DNA from: Macrostomum lignano
Lineage: Eukaryota
DNA: 64,000 nucleotides
NCBI GenBank assembly: GCA_002269645.1
Contig: NIVC01001741.1
Location: 53,317 to 117,316 of the forward strand
Direction: 5' to 3'
Position 1 is the first letter of the stretch, and each line of letters starts with the position of its first letter. The notes under the pieces were generated by a model, which had not been told where the DNA came from, did not search any database, and worked only from the letters and a program-made list of their open reading frames with translations. Below, piece after piece: positions 56,401 through 64,000 of the stretch. The position numbers and the translations under genes are program-made.

Positions 56401-59400
56401 GCCCCTACCTGTAAACTTGCATAACAGTAAACTGTCCCTACCTGTAAACTTGCATAACAGTAAACTGTCCCTACCTGTAAACTTGTATAACAGTAAACTG
56501 TCCCTACCTGTAAACTTGCATAACAGTAAACTGTCCCTACCTGTAAACTTGTATAACAGTAAACTGTCCCTACCTGTAAACTTGCATAACAGTAAACTGT
56601 CCCTACCTGTAAACTTGCATAACAGTAAACTGCCCTACCTGTAAACTTGCATAACAGTAAACTGTCCCTACCTGTAAACTTGCATAACAGTAAACTGTCC
56701 CTACCTGTAAACTTGCATAACAGTAAACTGTCCCTACCTGTAAACTTGCATAACAGTAAACTGTCCCTACCTGTAAACTTGCATAACAGTAAACTGTCCC
56801 TACCTGTAAACTTGCATAACAGTAAACTGTCCCTACCTGTAAACTTGCATAACAGTAAACTGTCCCTACCTGTAAACTTGCATAACATTAATAGAAAGGA
56901 ACTTCAACTATAAAATAAAAAGTAAAGAAATCAATTAAAATACTAGAAATTTCGACTCTTCGAAGCTTGAAATTTCAAATCTTAATCATAAGCTGCAGCG
57001 TCCAAGCAAGAGAGATAGGAGGGCGGCGGCGGGGGGCACTTGAGGTTAAATTGCCGAAAATACTTTCAACATAACAAATCTGTTGAACGTTGGGGTACAC
57101 ACACACACGCACGCACAAAGAATGCCAAACATAGAGCAGTAAAAAGAGACCATCAGAGCAGCAGGGGGCACCCTAACGTAAAGCCTGGCACGAGCGTAAG
57201 AATGCATTGTTGAAAAACAGGCAGTCGTTCTAGAACTTGGAGTGAGAAAGAAACTGCCGAGTTTTATAAAAATGGGAGGGGCTTGGAGAATAGCTGTCAC
57301 TCCAAGTTCCGGTTCTAGCTCTCCATGGCTTATCCAGACAAAAAGCCAGGACCCTCATTCTTACTCTTCTATACTCTCAGCCTCCCCGCCCCGCACCCCG
57401 CTGCGCCGCTGCCAGAACGTCAGACATCAAAAGATCTTGGCTAACATTAGTAAACTAGGGCCTCTCTCTCTCACTGGCGCACAGTGGCAGTCATTTACTC
57501 GTATCTAACTGACCGACACTACTTTGACACGCTTTGCCTAGGTCACTCACTGTTGCATAGACATGGTTACTGGCGTGGCTATCCGCCCCGTCTATGCTAT
57601 TCGAATACATTTCAATCCAGTTAGGCGGAGGGGGATTTTCTATGAAACGGCTTAGTTGTTAAGAGGGTTCAAAGAGAATTCCCCTAGGTCGCCAGGCATT
57701 TTGTTGATTTCTTTAAAATAAAATGAACCTCACCATCGAAGAAGTGCGCGTGCACCGCATTCCTAGTGACGCCGGCGTCTTTCTTTGACCGGAACAGGGC
57801 GTAAACAAAGCCTTCGCCGCCCATGGCCAACGAGTCCACGTGAAGGATCGAGTCCTGCGGCGCTTTGCGGGCCAGCTCGGCGGCTAGCCTGGCCTTGTCG
57901 CACTGGCCATTGTCCGGGCTCCACATGCCGCGCAGTTTCAAGCACTGTGTTGGCGGCTCAACCTGCGGCATGGAGCGGCCGCTTTCAGCTAGCACGGAGC
58001 CTTGCCAGCCGCGCGCCACTCCGGCGCTGCCGCCGCTAGCAAAATTGGCCGCGGCGCCGCCAACAGCAGAGCCGGCGCCGATTCCGCGAGCGCGCAGGGC
58101 TTCCGCTTCGCCAGGACGAAGGCGCCAGACTTCGCCACCGCGGATGCTCTCCTCAATGAGGATTCGGCGCTCGCGGGCGACGATTCGTTCGCGCAAGCGG
58201 TCCCAGTTGACGCTGTCGAGGACGCCCGATCGCTGCAGCTCGGCGCGGACTTCGTCGACTGGGACGCCGGACTCGGCGGTTAGTAGATGCAGCAGCACCT
58301 TGGAGGGTTCAGATCGGGGAGAGAGGCGCGACTGGGAAGGCGGCATATCAAAGATAAAGACTGGGGGAAGCGGCATATCAAAGATAAGGACTGGGGAAGG
58401 CGGCATATCAAAGATAAGGACTGGGGAAGGCGGCATATCAAAGATAAAGACTGGGGAAGGCGGCATATCAAAGATAAGGACTGGGGAAGGCGGCATATCA
58501 AAGATAAAGACTGGGGAAGGCGGCATATCAAAGATAAAGACTGGGGGAAGCGGCATATCAAAGATAAGGACTGGGGAAGGCGGCATATCAAAGATAAAGA
58601 CTGGGGAAGGCGGCATATCAAAGATAAAGACTGGGGGAAGCGGCATATCAAAGATAAGGACTGGGGAAGGCGGCATATCAAAGATAAGGACTGGGGAAGG
58701 CGGCATATCAAAGATAAGGACTGGGGAAGGCGGCATATCAAAGATAAGGACTGGGGAAGGCGGCATATCAAAGATAAGGACTGGGGAAAGCGGCATATTA
58801 AAGATAGGGACTGGGGAAGGCGGCCTATCAAAGACAAAGACTGGGGAGGCGGCAAATCAAAAGTAAATTTGGCAGCTCCACCAACCTGGTCTGTAGCATC
58901 AACCAGTGCAGCCTCGCGTCGCCGCCTGAGCCGCACAGCGTAGACTAGCAGATAGGCGAGGCAAGCCAGGCCAGCTAGGCCGACAGCCGCATAGATTAGA
59001 GAGGCTGCCAGCCGGCCTATGGAGGCCAGGGCGCTCCAGGCCAGCAGGCGGCTACGACAGCTGATGCTGCGCCGACCCTCGGCAGCAGCCAGATAGCCGC
59101 AATCCTCGACCTTAGTGACAACGTCGGAGTCTGTCGACGTCGAATCTCTCAATGCCAGGATGCCAAGACGCGGAGCTCGGATAGCCAAAGCAATGAGATT
59201 ACTAACGTCTGTTTCATTCACCAGCAGGCCCGAGACGCTGTTGGTAAGCAGGCTCACTACGCTCTGCCTGTGAAGCCGGTAGTTTGACTCGCCGCCGTTG
59301 CACTCGGCGTCGCCTCGCATTCTGGCTAGCTGATCTAGCAATGGCCTGGCTAGCTTAACTGCCTGCATGAGTCCGGGCTGGTCCGGGATGCACTCTAGCT

Positions 59401-62400
59401 TCTGACCACCTGCTGAGGATGTGAGTGTGATGGGAGAATAAGATTGACACAATGCCCTAGTCTGATCTGAAGGATCTGAGGAGGATGAGCATGCTAAATT
59501 TAAATATCTGGAAGGGTATTTAGTAAGAATGACTTTGAATCGGAGAATGTTGGATAAATGATTCAATTTGAAGATCGGCAGAATGAAGAATGATCAATCT
59601 GAGGATCTGGGAGAATTGAGAATGATCAATCTGAGGATCTGAGAGAATTGAGAATGACCAATCTGAGGATCTGGGAGAATTGAGAATGACCAATCTGAGG
59701 ATCTGGGAGGGTGAAGAATGACCAATCTGAGGATCTGGGAGAATTGAGAATGACCAATCTGAGGATCTGGGAGGGTGAAGAATGACCAATCTGAGGATCT
59801 GGAAGGGTTAAGAATGACCTATCTCAGGATCTGGTAAGAAGACAAATTACTAAGTGATCTTACCTGCAATTCCTTTATCTGGGCAGACAATGCGCTGCAG
59901 CTCCTCTAGTTGCCTAGCCTTGGCCAGCCTATTCTGCTCGGTGATAAAATAGCCGCCAATAATGATGACTAAAAGCAGCGCGCCAAGCAGCATGAAATTC
60001 GGCACCATGGCCCAGTAGTTGTTCACCGACCCGCCCGTACTGGGAAATCCGTCAGTTCTACGCCGGCCATTGCTGACTCTGCTGGCCGCTGAAACTGGCG
60101 GCGGCTCCTCGACATCGGACACGTCCAGGCGGTCGTCGCGACGACGTCGGCCAACTGAGACGGAGGCGGCGGCGGCTGAGTTGGCAGCAGCCGCGGCATC
60201 GGGCGCATCAGACTCCGAGTCGTCCTGCAATAACAGGCTAGTCGACGTGTTCAAAGCAGCCGACTTCCGTCCTCGACTGCGTCGCTGCTGAGCAGTTGGT
60301 GTCGCTGCTGCCGCCGCCGTGGCTCTACGCGACGCCGGCGTCGGTGGTGTCGGCGCGACGCTGGTTCGCGGCACAGCGGGGGTATGTCGCCGGCGCTGAC
60401 GCAGCGAGGCTGAGCCGGGCCGATCCTCAGCCTGGCTCAGGTCGGCCTCGTCTGAGCTAAAGGAGGCCACGGGGCCTGGTGGTGGAGTGCGCTGAGCCTG
60501 CCGCTGCTGCTGCTGAGGAGTCTGCCGAGTGGACGCAGCGGTTGGCGTGGCGGCCCGGCCGCTGCTACGCCGCCGGGTGCTGGCCCGATTTGCAGTGGCA
60601 GGCGACGCATTCGCCTGTGGGAATTTTTCATAAAGAATTGATTGGACAGGAGTTCAATATTGAATGTTTCATACATCAGTTCAAGAACCAATTGAAACCA
60701 ACATTAAAGCCAAACAGGTCTACTTATTCACCTACCTAAGCATTTTAAGGCACAAATAGTTGAAACGTGCTTTAGGCTTTTGCACAATGAAGCTATATAT
60801 CCCTTGGTACATTGGCCATATTCCCTGATGGCTGTCATTAACCCCCAGTCTATTGCTAGGCATTTATTATTAAGCCAAATATAAGTAATAAAAATATACC
60901 AAGTTTTCAGCATAAAAGACTATGGAATAAGTATAATTCTTTATAAGTATAAGAATCTGAAACAATATTTCTTTTCAAATATATAAATAAGCTAGAATAA
61001 TTAATGTTATTTAAAGCTAGATTTCATATAAACATCCAATTAAATAGTTTTACAGGCAGATCACCTTATTAAGTCTATGGCTACTATGATATCAATTTTC
61101 TAATATTGCAATTGTAATATCCCAGTCATAATGGATTTATCTACCAATTGATCAATAAATGGAAATTCAATAATTGAGTCCTATTTTGGTTTTATCTTTA
61201 ATGCAATTAATAGAAAAGATCTTTAAAGTTCTTTTGTTAGTTTCAAGGCAAAAGGATAAAAAGTGATAAATAATAATATAACACCTAATCAATTTTATAC
61301 AATTTATATAAGTAGCTAGTAAAAAGTAGTAAAATAATAATAAGAGTACTAGAAAAGAAACTAGAATTACCCATATAAACTTAAAATCTATTAGCTTAAA
61401 ATTATTTCCATACATAATTTTGAAGTCAGAATCAACATTTGAAAATTGGCCTCTAAAAATAATATGTCAAACTAATATATTGTTTTTTGTGCAGCTCATT
61501 TTGAATTTTTCCCAGAATATTCAAACATATAAACCTAGACTAGAAACTTTATGTTTATGAGGATCCTCATCATGAAATGCCCACTGCAAAGAAAAACAGG
61601 GTTTCAAAAAACTGAAAAAAAAGTACAATAAATATAAAAGATTGCAAGTGCAACCCTTGCAAACAAAATAAACAAATAAATAAACAAAATAAATAAATCA
61701 ATACTTTACTGTTCTAGAAATCTAAAATTTTAGTTTTTATTTAATGAGGATTAGCAATATAATTTTATTCTTAAAAAACACAATAGCTATTAGTCACCAA
61801 AAGGGTCTTCTTTTTGTTACCAAAATGACATTTGCTTATCCCCAAAATGACTATTACCAAAATGTCTTATTACCAAAATGACTGTAATCCTATTAGAAAC
61901 AGTGATAGAAATTACTTTCCTTGGAACCAAACGTTCCTTAACTGGATATGCAACATTGATAAGATCTATACAATTGAGAGCAAACATTCTTATATTTTTC
62001 TATTTAAAAAATCTTATTGGAGTCCCTAATTTTATTTTAGGACTTATCATACATGCGCAACCTGGGGAATCACTCAGCCATTTCTATTGGCAACATACAC
62101 ATGTAAGTCGCTATTGGCTGAGAGTAGTCACATGACTACTATTCTGTCCAATAGTGACTTACATGTGTGTGTTGCCAATAGAAACAGCCAGGTGAATCCC
62201 TAGGTTGTGCCCAAGCATGGCCATGGGACTTATAACAAAAAAAGATATTGACAAATTCAATGTAGATTGTAGGGCCTAACACTCTATCAGTAGGCCTAGT
62301 AATAGTAAATTGTTCATAACAAAAATGCTCAATATGCCCAAAAGCAACATAGTCTTTAATTTTGTAATCAAAACAAATTATTTACCTGTGGTACAGCATT

Positions 62401-62550
62401 TGGCTTTTTAAACTCAGAATCCAGCAGCTTTTGAAGACGGTTTTTATATCTCTGCCTAGTAGAACCATCAATAAGTCCAACAGGGACATTTCTTTTTGTC
62501 AGCATTTCTCTAAGCTGGAGATCCGAAAGTTGATTAGCATTTACAGCCAT
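53471..62550 (-). CDS. LEMD3: Inner nuclear membrane protein MAN1; exons 62550-62386, 60614-59864, 59409-58886, 58298-57734, 53568-53471 (700 aa)
   Basis: LEM domain (LSDLQLREMLTKRNVPVGLIDGSTRQRYKNRL), two TM segments, MSC/winged-helix region (RILIEESIRGGEVWR), C-terminal UHM/RRM (PPTQCLKLRGM...ILHV...EGFVY...HFFDGTLVTARYMTFDKYCQRFP); all junctions GT-AG and in phase. Confidence 0.92.
53740..56885 (+). repeat. 33-bp minisatellite (AACTTGCATAACAGTAAACTGTCCCTACCTGTA)n, about 95 copies, in MAN1 intron 4
   Basis: Near-perfect; source of the 253, 504 and 600 aa artefact ORFs. Confidence 0.98.
58332..58850 (+). repeat. 30-bp minisatellite in MAN1 intron 3
   Basis: GGGGAAGGCGGCATATCAAAGATAAGGACT units. 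Confidence 0.95.
59570..59830 (+). repeat. ~32-bp minisatellite in MAN1 intron 2
   Basis: GAATGACCAATCTGAGGATCTGGGAGAATTGA units. Confidence 0.9.
62048..62210. mobile_element. Palindromic (foldback) MITE sharing the CATACATGCGCAAC terminus
   Basis: ~160-bp imperfect palindrome (TTCTATTGGCAACATACACATGTAAGTCGCTATTGG...CCAATAGTGACTTACATGTGTGTGTTGCCAATAGAA); left end identical to the TIR at 20130; right end degenerate. Confidence 0.7.
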
Positions 62551-64000
62551 ATTTGATTTACTGTTAGGCCTAATTAAAGTAAAAGGATGTAAGTTAAATG
62601 GTAGAACGAATCTTCTTAACAATCATATACGATGCATCCAATCACAAAGTTGCTTAGTTGCTTAGCATTACATGAGATAGAAAACTTTTAGTATAGTTTA
62701 TATGACCAACTGGTAGGGCAGCTGCTTAATGAAATGGATACATATTTCCAATAGATAAAGGTTAAAAATGAATGATCGATTGAACATGATCTTAATCGAA
62801 TCAAAAACGAAATACTTTTTGCCAACTTTTAAAAACAAAAAGCTACATTGAGCGCTATAACAAATTTTATAGAACTAATTCAGTTCGAAATATTTCAGCT
62901 CAAACTCTAGTTTTTTAGGTTTATTTTTCAGTTTAATTACACAATTTTTTATTATTAACATAGTCTATATTTTTATTCTTATTCTTTCCTATTTTTACAT
63001 TTCGTCGAACAAATTAATTATTACATTGGCGGACTAAATTGAATGTATGACCTAATTAGTAACTAAAACTCATTTTGAATTACAATAATGGCAGGCAAAT
63101 GAATTAAAACTTGCAGAATTAGCTCATTCATGTGTCACTAAGAAATTTTCAAATCGAACGAATAGCATTTTCATATAACCGCGAGCTGTCCAGTATCCTC
63201 TACTATATTGCTCTATACTAATTTCTGAAGTACTTTATACTATGCATGCACATAGAAAATCGCCGAAGGGTATAGGATTTACTCAAAAACGATTGCTTTT
63301 GTTCTTGTTGTGTTTGGAATTTAAACTAAATTTTGTGTGGCAGATCGTCTCTGGACTTGAAGCTGCAACGGCAACGCATGTACAAGCCCTGTACTGTAGA
63401 TGACATGTACTACGTACGTGTAGGACCAAAGGGTGGAATCCTTAATTATATTTGTGTCATGTTTCAGGTCATTTACATGTACGTACAGACGTTGTAAAAG
63501 TACGCAAATTTAATCAAAACAAATAGAAACTGGCCTGGTCTGCATGGGCGCCATTTTTTAAATCATCTGCAGCTCTTTCTCATTAAATGATAATATTATG
63601 TACTGCAAATCTGAACGAACTTAGCAGTTTTAAACTTTGATCTGCATGTTCATCTGCACGTGTAGCTTTCGAAAAACTCAAGTTTACATTATTACAGTTA
63701 GGCTCTTATGCGACAGATAGCTTAGAAACTTCATAAACAATTGAGACCCGATCGAGCCTGACCAATGCAAGGGGAGGACGGACGGCCGGGTAGGAACAGT
63801 AGGATTTTACCAATATTCAATTCCATTGCTATAATACGAGCAGATATTGCAATTCACCAGATGGCAGATATGCCGACTTTGGAAGCAATTACGACAAATC
63901 GAACTTCTGTTATTGGACAACTTCTTTAGCAAAGAAACGGATCAGCAATATATTAATGAAAGCAACTAGAGTTCTTAGTTGAGTCAGAAGTGGAGCTGCA

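Noticed and set aside
57220-57320. RTWSEKETAEFYK (SANT-like) and a 13-bp inverted repeat in MAN1 intron 4
   Set aside because: Frame is closed by stops on both sides; too short to support.

Overview
Eukaryotic (animal) genomic DNA, not prokaryotic. GC-rich, poly-Ala/Gln-rich exons sit in AT-rich spacers, and almost every intron or spacer is filled by a different minisatellite. This style resembles the flatworm Macrostomum (inference only). I assembled six spliced genes by hand with frame-consistent GT-AG junctions: VAMP7 (-), RRP8 (-), a universal stress protein (+), a GATA1/2/3-type factor (+), an Rh/ammonium transporter (-) and MAN1/LEMD3 (-). A partial unknown gene (+) near the start carries an in-frame TGA. 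Mobile DNA includes an intact piggyBac transposase ORF, a 1.6-kb non-autonomous DNA element with an 8-bp TSD, a TA-flanked MITE carrying a 28S rRNA fragment, a related palindromic MITE and tRNA-like SINE heads. Most long ORFs in the ORF track are tandem-repeat artefacts. The leading leads are: (1) a TGACA/TGTCA core shared by about 11 otherwise unrelated minisatellites; (2) a 28S fragment altered exactly at the R2/I-PpoI site inside a MITE; (3) intronic arrays made of repeated AG|GT splice junctions; (4) a possible RRP8-VAMP7 trans-spliced operon.
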